Shown: positions 1 to 9,942 of the stretch, piece by piece | Position numbering within the stretch: the first letter of the stretch is position 1 | Layout: every line of letters starts with the position of its first letter | Translations under genes and position numbers: made by a program | Notes under the pieces: generated by a model | What the model was told of the DNA's origin: nothing | Seen by the model: only the letters and a program-made list of their open reading frames with translations | The model's database searches: none | Virus record (IMG/VR): IMGVR_UViG_3300017761_002869 | Location: 1-33,733 of that record | Length of the DNA stretch: 33,733 bases | Source: a virus | Taxonomy: Duplodnaviria > Caudoviricetes | Strand: one strand, 5' to 3'

Positions 1-1
1 A

Positions 2-508
2 GATATTAAGTATGCTATGGCATGTAATATCAACGCTTTAGAGTTTATTCAGATTGGCAGTCGTTGTCGTATTATGACTCTTGGGGCCAAGTTGGATCCT
101 CGTACTATTGAAATGGTACGATCCAAGGTTAAAGATATTATCATGCTGGGCCAGACCAGACCAGAAGTTGATAATACTGATAAAGAAAAGGTCAATGTTC
201 AAGAACGTATTCAAAACAAGACAAAGGAGTACATGTCTGTTTTGGAAAGTCGAATCGATGAACTGTTTGAACTTGCTGAATCTGATGAACTTAAGAATGT
301 GGATCATGCTGACTGGCTGGTTCTACAAGGCATCAAGCACGTGCATTTTAAGAAGTTGGCAAAGAATTTGGATCCGTATATCAAGGAACTCAAGCAGGCG
401 TATAAGGGAGATCCGGATTTAAAGGAAGCGTTTTCGTTCCTTGGTAAGAGAAAAATTAAAACAATTATCACTGCTTTGGAAAATTTCAAAGATATCCTAA
501 ATGACTGA
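2..508 (+). CDS. Hypothetical phage protein, probably 5'-truncated
   Basis: Frame of ORF 17..508 stays open to the window edge (gat att aag tat gct atg); helical, charged sequence; no motif recognised. Confidence 0.6.
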   Translation, partial: DIKYAMACNINALEFIQIGSRCRIMTLGAKLDPRTIEMVRSKVKDIIMLGQTRPEVDNTDKEKVNVQERIQNKTKEYMSVLESRIDELFELAESDELKNVDHADWLVLQGIKHVHFKKLAKNLDPYIKELKQAYKGDPDLKEAFSFLGKRKIKTIITALENFKDILND

Positions 509-515
509 TAATGTT

Positions 516-543
516 TTGACTTTTGAAAAAGGTGTGATATATT
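516..543 (+). promoter_or_regulatory. Sigma70-like promoter upstream of RNase H
   Basis: TTGACT (516-521), 16-nt spacer, extended -10 TGaTATATT (535-543) in the intergenic gap; predicted +1 falls near the ATG at 550. Confidence 0.6.
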
Positions 544-549
544 AATAAC

Positions 550-1386
550 ATGTTACTTATTGACAACAATCAAATTATCTTGGCCAATATTTTTCAGGCT
601 TCCAAGGATGGCGAACCTCTTAATGAAGATTATATTCGTCACACTGTATTAAATACGTACCGCAAGTACCGAACCGATTTTCGTAAGTACGGAGAACTGG
701 TTATTTGCAGTGACGGTACTGACTACTGGCGACGCAAGTACTTTCCGTACTATAAGCAAAATCGTCGTAAGCAACAGGAAGCCAAGAAGGACGAATGGAA
801 GGCTGCTTTTGCTGTACTGGACAAGATTCGTAACGAAGTAGCAGAAGTGTTTCCGTATCCCAGTATTCGTCTACAGGGAGCAGAAGCAGACGATATTATT
901 TACGTGCTAACCAAGACGTACTGCCAGTCTGAAAATATCCTTATCATTTCTAATGATAAAGACTTTCAGCAACTGCAAATTTTTCCAAACGTACAGCAAT
1001 ACAGTCCAACCACCAAGGAATTTTTAAAGTGTGAAGATCCTCGTGGGGTTCTTTTTGAACATATTATTGGAGGTGATTCAAGTGATGGTGTGCCTAATAT
1101 GCTTAGTGACGATGATACTTTTGTTACGGACGGTAAGCGACAGGTCCGAATGACTCAGAAGCGAATTGATCAATTAAAAAAGGATTCTGAGAACTCCTCA
1201 TTTTTTGAGGATCCTAAATACATCAGGAACAGTACTCTTATTGACATGAATAACATTCCACAAGATCTTCAAGACAAGATCCTAGAAACGTATCAATCAC
1301 AACAAGGAAAGGGCAGAGAAAAGCTGCTCCAATATTTTATGGATCATAAACTTAAGACTCTTATGCCACATCTAGAGGAATTTTGA
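550..1386 (+). CDS. rnh: T4-like RNase H / 5'-3' flap exonuclease
   Basis: LLID N-terminus, YWRRKYFPYYKQNR, EADDII, IISNDKDFQQL and GGDSSDGVPNMLSDDD motifs of the T4 RNase H/FEN family. Confidence 0.95.
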   Translation: MLLIDNNQIILANIFQASKDGEPLNEDYIRHTVLNTYRKYRTDFRKYGELVICSDGTDYWRRKYFPYYKQNRRKQQEAKKDEWKAAFAVLDKIRNEVAEVFPYPSIRLQGAEADDIIYVLTKTYCQSENILIISNDKDFQQLQIFPNVQQYSPTTKEFLKCEDPRGVLFEHIIGGDSSDGVPNMLSDDDTFVTDGKRQVRMTQKRIDQLKKDSENSSFFEDPKYIRNSTLIDMNNIPQDLQDKILETYQSQQGKGREKLLQYFMDHKLKTLMPHLEEF

Positions 1387-1565
1387 TGTATACTCCTGAA
1401 CCTGAATCTGAATACGAGCGTTGGAAGCGTGAACAAAAGGAACGAAAGCAAAAGCGAAAGAAGCGTCCACGCAAGCCAGATCAACAACAATGGCTGAATG
1501 ATTTAAAGCACGGTCACTCATCCGATGATGGTGACTTTGAAAATTTTGAACGATTTGAACGATAA
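1386..1565 (+). CDS. Small hypothetical protein (basic middle, acidic tail)
   Basis: ATG overlaps the rnh stop (TGATG); fills the gap to gp45. Confidence 0.6.
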   Translation: MYTPEPESEYERWKREQKERKQKRKKRPRKPDQQQWLNDLKHGHSSDDGDFENFERFER

Positions 1566-1580
1566 AAGGAACTTTATATT

Positions 1581-2267
1581 ATGACAAAAGCAACAACAAC
1601 AATTTCTAAGGACACCCTGAACATTCTTAAGAATTTCAGTGGTATTAACTCTAATCTGTACGTAAAGGCTGGATCAAAGATCACAACCATGTCTCCCACC
1701 AAGAATATCATGGCGGAAGTCGAGGTTGAGGAGTCCTTTGATACTGAGTTTGGTATCTGGGATCTCAACAAGCTACTGGGTGTGATTTCTCTGTTCCAAG
1801 ATCCAGAGTTTATTTTTGATGACAAGTACATGACGATCACCGGAGCAAGTGGTTCTAAGGTTAAGTACTTCTATTCAGATCCCAAGCTGCTGTCTTATCC
1901 AACCAAGAGTATCAAGAAGATTGATGCAGTAGTTGAGTTTGATCTGACCAGTGATGATTTCCGCGAACTATCTCGTGCAGGTGCAGTTCTACAAAACCCA
2001 GACCTTTGCTTTGTGTCTGATGACGATGCCGTGCTTGCAGTGGTCAAGGACCTCAAGGATCCAACCTGCAACGTATTCTCTATTCGTGTTGGTGACAACA
2101 AGGATCAAGCAGACTTCTCATTCAACTTTAAGTTGGAAAACATGAAGATGTTTGATGGCGATTATCATGTAGCCCTGTCTAAGAATGTTATTGGTCAGTT
2201 TGCTCATGCCAGTCGTCCTCTAACTTACTGGGTTGCTATGGACGCAACCAGCACCTACAAGGAATAA
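1581..2267 (+). CDS. gp45: Sliding clamp, T4 gp45
   Basis: ISKDTLNILKNFSGINSNL and EFGIWDLNKLLGVISLF match the gp45 N-terminus; 228 aa; AAGGA SD; upstream of gp44/gp62. Confidence 0.95.
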   Translation: MTKATTTISKDTLNILKNFSGINSNLYVKAGSKITTMSPTKNIMAEVEVEESFDTEFGIWDLNKLLGVISLFQDPEFIFDDKYMTITGASGSKVKYFYSDPKLLSYPTKSIKKIDAVVEFDLTSDDFRELSRAGAVLQNPDLCFVSDDDAVLAVVKDLKDPTCNVFSIRVGDNKDQADFSFNFKLENMKMFDGDYHVALSKNVIGQFAHASRPLTYWVAMDATSTYKE

Positions 2268-2268
2268 A

Positions 2269-3228
2269 ATGCTAACGTCAAACAATGCGGTTGGTCTGCT
2301 GGTAGAAAAGTATCGTCCAGCAATCATCGATGATTGTGTTCTGCCCAAGAGTCTAAAGGATACTTTTAACAGTATTGTTGAATCTGGAGAGTGTCCTAAT
2401 CTACTGCTAGCAGGCAAGCCGGGTATGGGTAAGACCACGGTTGCTCGCGCTCTTTGTGCTCAACTGGGTGCGGACTATATTCTGATCAACTGTTCAGAAG
2501 ACGGTAATATTGATACTCTGCGAACCAAGATCAGGCAGTTTGCCAGCACGGTTTCTTTGTCTGAAGACGCCAAGCAAAAGATTGTTATCCTAGACGAGTT
2601 TGATTACTCGAACGCCCAAAGTATCCAGCCAGCCCTTCGTGGAGCTATTGAAGAGTTTGCCAAGACTTGTCGGTTTATCCTGACCTGTAACTACAAGAAT
2701 CGGATTATTGAACCAATTCATTCTCGTTGTACGGTTATTGACTTTAACTTTCCAACCAAGGAACGTCCAGAACTAGCTAAACAGTTCTTGGAACGCTGCC
2801 AAGGCATTTTGGAAGAAGAAGGCATTGAATACGACAACAAGGTGCTATCTAAGGTTGTAGTCAAGTATTTTCCAGATTTTAGGCGAACTTTAAATGAACT
2901 GCAACGTTACTCTGCGGCAGGTACTATTGATATTGGAATTTTAAGTACTGCTGGCGAACTAAACGTCAAGGAACTTATGGGGTTCTTGAAGGCCAAAAAC
3001 TTTACAGAGATCCGTAAGTGGATAGCCAACAATCTAGACAATAGCCCCCAAGACATCTTTAGGAAGGTCTACGATAGCTTATACGAGTTCCTAGAGCCTG
3101 CCAGCATCCCTCAAGCAGTGGTTATCATTGGTGAATACCAGTACAAGACAGCGTTTGTGGCGGATCAAGAGATCAATCTATGTGCATTCATGGTGGAACT
3201 AATGATGAATTGTGGATTTAAAGAATGA
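2269..3228 (+). CDS. gp44: Clamp loader AAA+ ATPase subunit, T4 gp44
   Basis: VEKYRP, Walker A GKPGMGKTT, Walker B IVILDEFD, SRC motif, FPDFRR. ATG 2269 (after AAGGAA and the gp45 stop) preferred over TTG 2233. Confidence 0.96.
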   Translation: MLTSNNAVGLLVEKYRPAIIDDCVLPKSLKDTFNSIVESGECPNLLLAGKPGMGKTTVARALCAQLGADYILINCSEDGNIDTLRTKIRQFASTVSLSEDAKQKIVILDEFDYSNAQSIQPALRGAIEEFAKTCRFILTCNYKNRIIEPIHSRCTVIDFNFPTKERPELAKQFLERCQGILEEEGIEYDNKVLSKVVVKYFPDFRRTLNELQRYSAAGTIDIGILSTAGELNVKELMGFLKAKNFTEIRKWIANNLDNSPQDIFRKVYDSLYEFLEPASIPQAVVIIGEYQYKTAFVADQEINLCAFMVELMMNCGFKE

Positions 3229-3620
3229 AGCCGTTTGACTTCTTAAATTCCATAAATCAAACCAAGATTTCTTTGATGGATGAAGATCCTGGTTGCGAAC
3301 GAGAATATATTCCATTTCTTGCCAACCGAGGTCTTTCTTATTTCTCAGACACCATCTTTTTAGCCAATGAGATGAATCGTCTATCCGGTTTGGATAAGAA
3401 GATGCAGTTTGATTTTTTACGGATATCAGTTCGGCCCCGTAAGAGATTCAGTAAGTGGATCAAGGACGAGTCTAATGACCGTATAGATGCTTTAAAGACC
3501 TTATACGGATACTCTCACACCAAGGCCAAGCAAGTAGTAGACCTAATTAAACAAGAAGATTGGGATGAAATTTTTTCTATTTTAGATCAAGGTGGCACAA
3601 ATACCAAAAATCCTAAATAA
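3225..3620 (+). CDS. gp62: Clamp loader small subunit, T4 gp62
   Basis: PFDFLNSIN, YIPFLANRGLSYFSDTIFLANEMN, RKRFSKW, C-terminal GG; ATGA overlap with gp44. Confidence 0.93.
   Translation: MKPFDFLNSINQTKISLMDEDPGCEREYIPFLANRGLSYFSDTIFLANEMNRLSGLDKKMQFDFLRISVRPRKRFSKWIKDESNDRIDALKTLYGYSHTKAKQVVDLIKQEDWDEIFSILDQGGTNTKNPK
3613..3619 (+). promoter_or_regulatory. Possible T4-type late promoter variant (CTAAATA) upstream of regA
   Basis: CTAAATA overlapping the gp62 stop, about 40 nt before regA; short motif in AT-rich DNA. Confidence 0.35.
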
Positions 3621-3658
3621 TTCCGTATTACTGAATTTTTTAATGAAAGCGGATTATA

Positions 3659-4063
3659 ATGGAAAACGAAGATATTTTTGATGGCCTTGGTGTTGAAATT
3701 AAATTAAAATCTAAAGACGATTTTCTCAAGGTCAAGGAGACTCTTACCCGAATGGGTGTGTCCTCCAAAAAGGAAAAAAAATTGTATCAGAGCTGCCACA
3801 TACTTCACAAACGCGGCAGATACGCCATCATGCATTTCAAAGAGATGCTCGATCTAGACGGACTAGAAACAGATATAGACGATACAGATCTTGGACGACG
3901 CAATATGATTGTAAAGCTTCTGGTAGAATGGGGACTGGTAGAAGCTGTGGATCCAGACGAGTACAAAGAACCAATTATTTCTTTGGCTCAACTAAAAATT
4001 ATTCCCCATAAAGAAAAGAAAGAATGGCAACTGGTGCCTAAATACCATATAGGAAACTCTTAA
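3659..4063 (+). CDS. regA: Translational repressor RegA
   Basis: DFLKVKETLTRMGV, LYQSCHILHKRGRY, HFKE, LVPKYHIG; canonical position after gp62. Confidence 0.96.
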   Translation: MENEDIFDGLGVEIKLKSKDDFLKVKETLTRMGVSSKKEKKLYQSCHILHKRGRYAIMHFKEMLDLDGLETDIDDTDLGRRNMIVKLLVEWGLVEAVDPDEYKEPIISLAQLKIIPHKEKKEWQLVPKYHIGNS

Positions 4064-4065
4064 TT

Positions 4066-4704
4066 ATGCAAACCGAAGTGATTTCTTTTTATAGTGATAT
4101 AGACGGTAAAACTTATTACAGCGACCATGCTAAAAGGCTACATGAACAATTAGTACCTTTGGGTATTCCTCACGATTTTAGACAAAAAGATTCTTTAGGA
4201 TCTTATCAAAAAAATTGTTTGAGTAAACCCCAGTTCATATACCAAATGCTGATACAAAAACAAAAACCTGTTGTTTGGTTGGATATTGATTCTGATGTAC
4301 GCAAGTCTCTTAATGTTTTTGATCAATTTACGGGAAATACTGATATAGCAGTTGCTTGTTCTACAAATAAGTTGCATGCAGCAAAAGCATCTCCAATTTA
4401 TTTAGATTTTAATTCTAAAGTATTAGAATTTCTTCAACACTGGACCTTCATGGCAAGACAGATGGCAAATAATGGCCAGTGGTTTGATCACGAAGCTCTT
4501 ATTGGTATATTGCATACATTTTACCAAAAAGAAGGATTTCGTATGAAATTCATAGGACCAGAATACTGTGTTTGGCCCGGAGAAGAACAAGAAAATTCTA
4601 TTATTGTCATGGGCCTAGCAGATGTAGAATCTAAAAAAGAAGCATTAAAGAAATTAGGAATGAGTGAGGATTTAATAGCATGGCAGAGCCCAGGTACAAA
4701 GTAA
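4066..4704 (+). CDS. Putative GT-A glycosyltransferase (nucleotide-diphospho-sugar transferase-like)
   Basis: KPQFI...VVWLDIDS DxD motif, WFDHEAL; first gene of the glycan island. Confidence 0.65.
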   Translation: MQTEVISFYSDIDGKTYYSDHAKRLHEQLVPLGIPHDFRQKDSLGSYQKNCLSKPQFIYQMLIQKQKPVVWLDIDSDVRKSLNVFDQFTGNTDIAVACSTNKLHAAKASPIYLDFNSKVLEFLQHWTFMARQMANNGQWFDHEALIGILHTFYQKEGFRMKFIGPEYCVWPGEEQENSIIVMGLADVESKKEALKKLGMSEDLIAWQSPGTK

Positions 4705-5543
4705 GAGCTATTGGTGCACCATTTGAAATACAACATTCATCCTGCTCTAATTTAAAACCAAGTAATTTTAATTGGACAACAGAAAAGTCTGAATATGATG
4801 TTCATATCGACCGTGGTATGATGCAACAACCAGATTTTTCTATATCTAAAGAAAAAAGATATGGATGGGTCTGTGAGTCTAGCTGTATAATACCAGATGT
4901 TTATAATTTTTTAATTCATAACCATAAAGTATTATTTGAAAATTATTATAATAAAATTTTTACATGCGATCAATCTTTATTAAATTTAAATACTAATTTT
5001 ATTTATTGTCCTGTTGGCAGTAATTACCCATGGATTCCAAAAGATCAATGGGGCATACACCCAAAAAATAAACTGTGTTCTATGTTTTGTTCTCCTAAAC
5101 TCAAAACAGAAGGTCATGTGTATCGCCATCAAATTGCTAGACTAGCTTTAGATAATGAATTTGATGTATTTGGTGGAGCACACGAAACACCAAGAACAGT
5201 GGTAGATCCAAGAAATCCTTGGAATACCAAAATAGATGGTGTTAAAGATTATATGTTCAGCATAGTAATTGAAAATGGGATTTATGATTCTTATTGGACA
5301 GAAAAAATAACAGATTGTTTTGCAACTGGAACTATTCCTGTATATTCTGGTACAAAAAAAGTACTTGACTTTTTTGATGGAGATGGTATAATATTCTTAG
5401 AATCTGGCAAAGAACAAGAAATTTTACAAAGCCTTTCAAAGGAATTCTATACATTAAAAATGGCAGCAATTAAAAATAACTTTGATGCTGTTAATAAAAT
5501 TAAATTAGCAGATGATTGGTTGTTTGATGAAATTATAAAATGA
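4680..5543 (+). CDS. GT10 (alpha-1,3-fucosyltransferase)-like glycosyltransferase
   Basis: YMFSIVIENGIYDSYWTEKITDCFATGTIPVYSG fits the GT10 YxFxxxxEN...YxTEK...PxYxG motif; GAGGA SD. Confidence 0.8.
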   Translation: MAEPRYKVRAIGAPFEIQHSSCSNLKPSNFNWTTEKSEYDVHIDRGMMQQPDFSISKEKRYGWVCESSCIIPDVYNFLIHNHKVLFENYYNKIFTCDQSLLNLNTNFIYCPVGSNYPWIPKDQWGIHPKNKLCSMFCSPKLKTEGHVYRHQIARLALDNEFDVFGGAHETPRTVVDPRNPWNTKIDGVKDYMFSIVIENGIYDSYWTEKITDCFATGTIPVYSGTKKVLDFFDGDGIIFLESGKEQEILQSLSKEFYTLKMAAIKNNFDAVNKIKLADDWLFDEIIK

Positions 5544-6373
5544 AACCACTTGTACTAAATGCCGATTATTTGATATCTCCGGATTCTTTACCAGATTTAT
5601 CTGAATCTTATGAGATTCATTTTACTAGATTTGGTAAAAATGCCAGACCAGGTGGACCAGTTCAATTTTATTCTGATGCAAAATATAAAATTTTTATTAA
5701 TATAAATGAACCAACAACATCAGCTTGGGTTGAGCAAGCTGATCATGTTTTGGCAAATCAATACCATTACACTAAGATTATTACTTCTAATCCCAAAATT
5801 TTAGATAACTGTAAACATGCAGTAAAACAACCTTATGGTACAACATGGTTGAATAAATCAACACATCATCCGGATTCTATTGGTGTATTTACAGAAGATC
5901 TGGGACAATTACCAAAAGAAAATAGTGTAAGCATGGTATGTGGTTCATTAACTGGCAAACAGGGTTATAATATTCGCCATACTATTTGGAATAATAAACA
6001 AAAAATTCAGGCAAAATTAAATTTTTATTCTTCAACTCGTTTTCCTATACCAAATACACCAACATTACCAAATGATAATAAAATTAATTTATTTAATTCT
6101 ATGTATTCTGTAGTTGTGGAAAGTTCAAGTGAACCAAATTACTTTACAGAAAAATTAATTGATTGTTTAATTACAAAAACTATTCCTATTTATTGGGGAT
6201 GCCCAAATGTATCCGAATACTTTGATACTACTTATTGGATAAATCCAGAAAATGTTTTAATGTTTAATTATACTCAAGATTATTATTATAACAATCTAGA
6301 TAAGATTAATAATAACTTTGAAAAGGCAAAAAACTATTGTAAGCCTCTTATAGATAGAATAGTGGAGTGTTAA
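5540..6373 (+). CDS. Second GT10-like glycosyltransferase
   Basis: YSVVVESSSEPNYFTEKLIDCLITKTIPIYWGCPNV; ATGA overlap with the previous gene. Confidence 0.78.
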   Translation: MKPLVLNADYLISPDSLPDLSESYEIHFTRFGKNARPGGPVQFYSDAKYKIFININEPTTSAWVEQADHVLANQYHYTKIITSNPKILDNCKHAVKQPYGTTWLNKSTHHPDSIGVFTEDLGQLPKENSVSMVCGSLTGKQGYNIRHTIWNNKQKIQAKLNFYSSTRFPIPNTPTLPNDNKINLFNSMYSVVVESSSEPNYFTEKLIDCLITKTIPIYWGCPNVSEYFDTTYWINPENVLMFNYTQDYYYNNLDKINNNFEKAKNYCKPLIDRIVEC

Positions 6374-6377
6374 TATT

Positions 6378-7217
6378 ATGATGGTACAAATAACCATAAC
6401 TAGAGACGAATTATTTTTAATACAAGAATTGATACCACAATGGCAAAAATATGCCGATGGTTTTGTTTTCATGGTCGATTCGTGTTCCGATGGAACCTAT
6501 GAATATTTAATGGACAATAAAAAGGCATTTAATATTTTAAATGTTATACCAAGTGGTATGAATCGTGATGATATAACAACAAATATTGAATCTGAAGTAC
6601 GACAACGTTTATATGATGAAGCATTCAAACATACTGGAAATATTCTTTGTTTAGATACAGACGAATATTTTGATGGTTCAATGAGTAAAAATGAATTACA
6701 AGAAATAATGAATGCAAATAAAGACACTTTAATTCATACTCAATGGATTCAATATACAGATAAAAATCAAATAAGAATAGATGGTCCTTGGAGACAGAAC
6801 TATAAAGACAGAATTGGTAGTTATGGTAAAAAAGGGGTCTTTAAAACAGCTCAAATGCATTCAGAACATTTACCGGTTCCAGAGAAACAAGGTGTAATCA
6901 GTCCACCAAATTTGTTTATTTCTCATTTACAATGGTTATGCAAAAAAACTGTTGCAGTTAAACAATATTATTGGAAAATATGCGATCATGTAAATAGAAT
7001 AAAATTTGGTATTGATACTATACCGGCAAGTGCATATGATGCTTCTGTTAATAATTTTAATTGGAACTATGCTTCATTTGAGTTTCCTTTAAAAGTAGAT
7101 CCAAAAATTTATGATAAAAATGATATTAAAAATAGTTACAAATTTAAATACATAAAAGAAAATATAGAAAAATATAATATTCCTAATCTTAATGATTGGG
7201 GAATGGAAATTCATTAA
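6378..7217 (+). CDS. GT2-like glycosyltransferase
   Basis: TRDE, VDSCSDGTYEYL and LCLDTDEYF match the GT2 pattern. Confidence 0.75.
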   Translation: MMVQITITRDELFLIQELIPQWQKYADGFVFMVDSCSDGTYEYLMDNKKAFNILNVIPSGMNRDDITTNIESEVRQRLYDEAFKHTGNILCLDTDEYFDGSMSKNELQEIMNANKDTLIHTQWIQYTDKNQIRIDGPWRQNYKDRIGSYGKKGVFKTAQMHSEHLPVPEKQGVISPPNLFISHLQWLCKKTVAVKQYYWKICDHVNRIKFGIDTIPASAYDASVNNFNWNYASFEFPLKVDPKIYDKNDIKNSYKFKYIKENIEKYNIPNLNDWGMEIH

Positions 7218-7218
7218 T

Positions 7219-8535
7219 ATGGACATGCAAGATATTTTAAAACAAGTAGAACAGTTTATCAATGAAAAACACGCAGCAAAGAAATGGGTTGCTGGTAAAG
7301 ATTGGGTACAATATGCTGGTCCATATTTTGATACCGAAGAATATACGGAATCTATAAAGACCATGCTAGAAGGCTGGTTAGTTCTTGGAGAAAATGGTAT
7401 TCGTTTTGAACAAATCTTTCCTCGTTTAGTAAATAAAAATTTTGGTATTCTAACAAATAGTGGTAGTAGTTCGAATCTGCTAATGATGTCGGCATTAACA
7501 TCCAAAAGACTTACCAATTTTCCCAAGGGAACAAAAGTAATTACTCCTATTGCTGGATTTCCAACGACGATTAATCCTATTTTTCAAGTAGGTTTTGAAC
7601 CAGTATTTGTTGATATAGATCTAGACACACTGAATCTCAATCTAGATCAAGTAGAACAACGAGCCAAAGAGGGATGTAAAATAATTACTTTTGCTCACGT
7701 GTTGGGTAATCCTCCAAATATGGATCGTCTTATGGAAATCATAAACGAATATGGTTTGATCTTATTAGAGGATTGTTGTGATGCTTTGGGCTCGACTTAT
7801 AAAGGAAAACCATTAGGAAGTTTTGGAGAATTTGCAAGTTTTTCTTTCTACCCTGCTCACCATATCACAATGGGCGAAGGTGGATTTATTGCATGTAATA
7901 CTGCACACCAAGAAAAGATAACAAGAAGCTTTAGAGAATGGGGAAGAGGTTGCTATTGTGTTGGTCAAAAAGCTAATTTATTAAAAAATGGTATGTGTAA
8001 ATCTCGGTTTTCTAATTGGCTTCCGGCTTTACCCGACGAAATCTTCGATCACAAGTATGTCTATGATGAAATTGGCTACAATCTTAAACCAACGGACTCA
8101 CAAGCAGCTATGGGTCTTGCTCAAATAAAGAAGTTACCAAAGATTATTAAAATGAGAAATAATAATCACGCAAGACTATCCCAAATATTTTCTAAATATC
8201 AAGAATATTTGATACTACCAAAAGCGACCGAGGGAGCAGATCCTGCTTGGTTTGCATTTGCGATAACTATTAAAGATGGTGTTCCTTTTAAGAGAAAGGA
8301 TATCGTAGATCACTTTGAAAACAACAAAATTCAAACCAGACCGTACTTTGCTGGTAATATTATGTTACAACCAGCATATACCGGAATGATGGATCCCAAT
8401 GAAGTAATTAATAAGTATCCAAATGCAAGAAAAGTAACAACAGATACTTTCTTCTTAGGCACTAGTCCAGTTATAACTACAGAACAATTAGATTATATTG
8501 AACAAATAGCAGAAAGCTTTTTTAAGAAAATATAA
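7219..8535 (+). CDS. rfbH: NDP-4-keto-6-deoxyglucose 3-dehydrase (RfbH/DdhC E1 type; PMP and [2Fe-2S])
   Basis: NSGSSSNL, FPTTINP, AHVLGNP, EDCCDALGS, SFYPAHHITMGEGG (His where aminotransferases have Lys), WGRGCYC...C...DHKY, GYNLK, FAGN. ATG 7219 follows the upstream stop. Confidence 0.9.
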   Translation: MDMQDILKQVEQFINEKHAAKKWVAGKDWVQYAGPYFDTEEYTESIKTMLEGWLVLGENGIRFEQIFPRLVNKNFGILTNSGSSSNLLMMSALTSKRLTNFPKGTKVITPIAGFPTTINPIFQVGFEPVFVDIDLDTLNLNLDQVEQRAKEGCKIITFAHVLGNPPNMDRLMEIINEYGLILLEDCCDALGSTYKGKPLGSFGEFASFSFYPAHHITMGEGGFIACNTAHQEKITRSFREWGRGCYCVGQKANLLKNGMCKSRFSNWLPALPDEIFDHKYVYDEIGYNLKPTDSQAAMGLAQIKKLPKIIKMRNNNHARLSQIFSKYQEYLILPKATEGADPAWFAFAITIKDGVPFKRKDIVDHFENNKIQTRPYFAGNIMLQPAYTGMMDPNEVINKYPNARKVTTDTFFLGTSPVITTEQLDYIEQIAESFFKKI

Positions 8536-8537
8536 AA

Positions 8538-9245
8538 ATGAATAAAAAAGTATTAATAATAACTGGAACTACAGATACTCTTCGCAGTGATCAAGAGACT
8601 GATAATACTATGGAAGAAGTATTTGATTTAACACTACCATCAAAACAAAGATATACAAAGAAATACGGTTACGATCTTCTTGCACTGCGTTCTTTTGGTG
8701 TCCATAAAGATGGTATATTTCAAGCTAAACATCTTGGATTTTTAAGAGCACTTCGTTCATTTGAAATGTTGCAGTATTATGATACTGTTATGTGGATAGA
8801 TGCAGATACATTAATAACAAACGATACTTATAAGATTGAAGATTTTATAGACGATACTTCTTTACTTTCCATTTCTTGGGATTGGAATGACAAAAGAAGT
8901 TTTAGTACTGGTAATTTTGTATTACAAAATAAAAATAATACTTCTGATTTTTTTCATATGTTTAATCTTATAGGAAAAGCTGTTATTGAAAATAATCAAT
9001 GGGGCGAAGAACAAGCTACTTTTAATTTAATTTATCAAAATACGACATTTAAAAATAATATTAAAATACTAGAACATAAATTTTTAAATTCTATACCTTC
9101 TAAACAGATGTTTAGAGGAATATGGGATGGAAGATCAGATCCGATTGCTCCATGGACGCCTGAATCTTTTTTGGTTCATATTACTGGAGTTCCGAATAAA
9201 AATAGAATAGATGTATTAAAAAATAGTTTTGGTCAATATTTATGA
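8538..9245 (+). CDS. GT34 (GMA12/MNN10)-like glycosyltransferase
   Basis: KQRYTKKYGYDL, VMWIDADTLITN, STGNFVL, EEQATFN, FLVHITG. Confidence 0.7.
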   Translation: MNKKVLIITGTTDTLRSDQETDNTMEEVFDLTLPSKQRYTKKYGYDLLALRSFGVHKDGIFQAKHLGFLRALRSFEMLQYYDTVMWIDADTLITNDTYKIEDFIDDTSLLSISWDWNDKRSFSTGNFVLQNKNNTSDFFHMFNLIGKAVIENNQWGEEQATFNLIYQNTTFKNNIKILEHKFLNSIPSKQMFRGIWDGRSDPIAPWTPESFLVHITGVPNKNRIDVLKNSFGQYL

Positions 9246-9925
9246 ACGATAAAATACAATTAAAAAATATAACAATAGTTTGCATAGATGGTGTTAATCC
9301 GGATATTGGATTGAAGGCATTAAAATACAGCATGAAACATATAGAGTTTGGAAATGCCAAATTAATCTCTCATATAAAACCAGAAAATATACCAAATAAT
9401 ATACAATTTGTGCAAATTGATAAATTATCTCATGACAGCTATAGTCCGTTCATGTTACATGAATTACATAAACATATTGATACTGATTTTTGTCTCACCA
9501 TTCATGATGATGGTTTTGTAATCAATCCTCAATTATGGGATGATAATTTTTTAAATTATGATTATATTGGTGCACCATGGATTCATACGGTTCAATATTA
9601 TGGCCCAAAATACAGAGTTGGAAATGGTGGATTTAGTTTAAGAAGTAAAAAATTAATCAATTTATGTAAAAATATCCAAAGTCCTGGGCACGAGGATGCA
9701 AGTATTTGTATTAGAAATAGAGACCTTTTAGAAAACTATGGTTGCAAATTTGCACCAGTAGAAGTTGCTATGAAATTTTCACTAGAAGAACAAATACCAG
9801 AATGCCCTTTTGATTTGAATCTTTGTTTTGGTTTTCATGGAAGAGGTACTTCTACATTACGATCAAAAGAAGATAACCAACAGATGTTGGATAGAATTCA
9901 ATTATTAGAAACAATAGAACTATAA
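9242..9925 (+). CDS. DUF5672-family putative glycosyltransferase
   Basis: HDDGFVINP, WDDNFLNYDYIGAPW, VGNGGFSLRS, ED, A-x-x-FS-x-E, FGFHG. Confidence 0.82.
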   Translation: MNDKIQLKNITIVCIDGVNPDIGLKALKYSMKHIEFGNAKLISHIKPENIPNNIQFVQIDKLSHDSYSPFMLHELHKHIDTDFCLTIHDDGFVINPQLWDDNFLNYDYIGAPWIHTVQYYGPKYRVGNGGFSLRSKKLINLCKNIQSPGHEDASICIRNRDLLENYGCKFAPVEVAMKFSLEEQIPECPFDLNLCFGFHGRGTSTLRSKEDNQQMLDRIQLLETIEL

Positions 9926-9942
9926 AATATGGACTATAAAAT

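Noticed and set aside
2233-2268. TTG start for gp44 at 2233
   Set aside because: Overlaps gp45; ATG 2269 has an SD and follows the gp45 stop.
7219-8535. DegT/DnrJ aminotransferase call
   Set aside because: The catalytic Lys position is His (PAHH) and Fe-S Cys ligands are present, which marks an E1 dehydrase.
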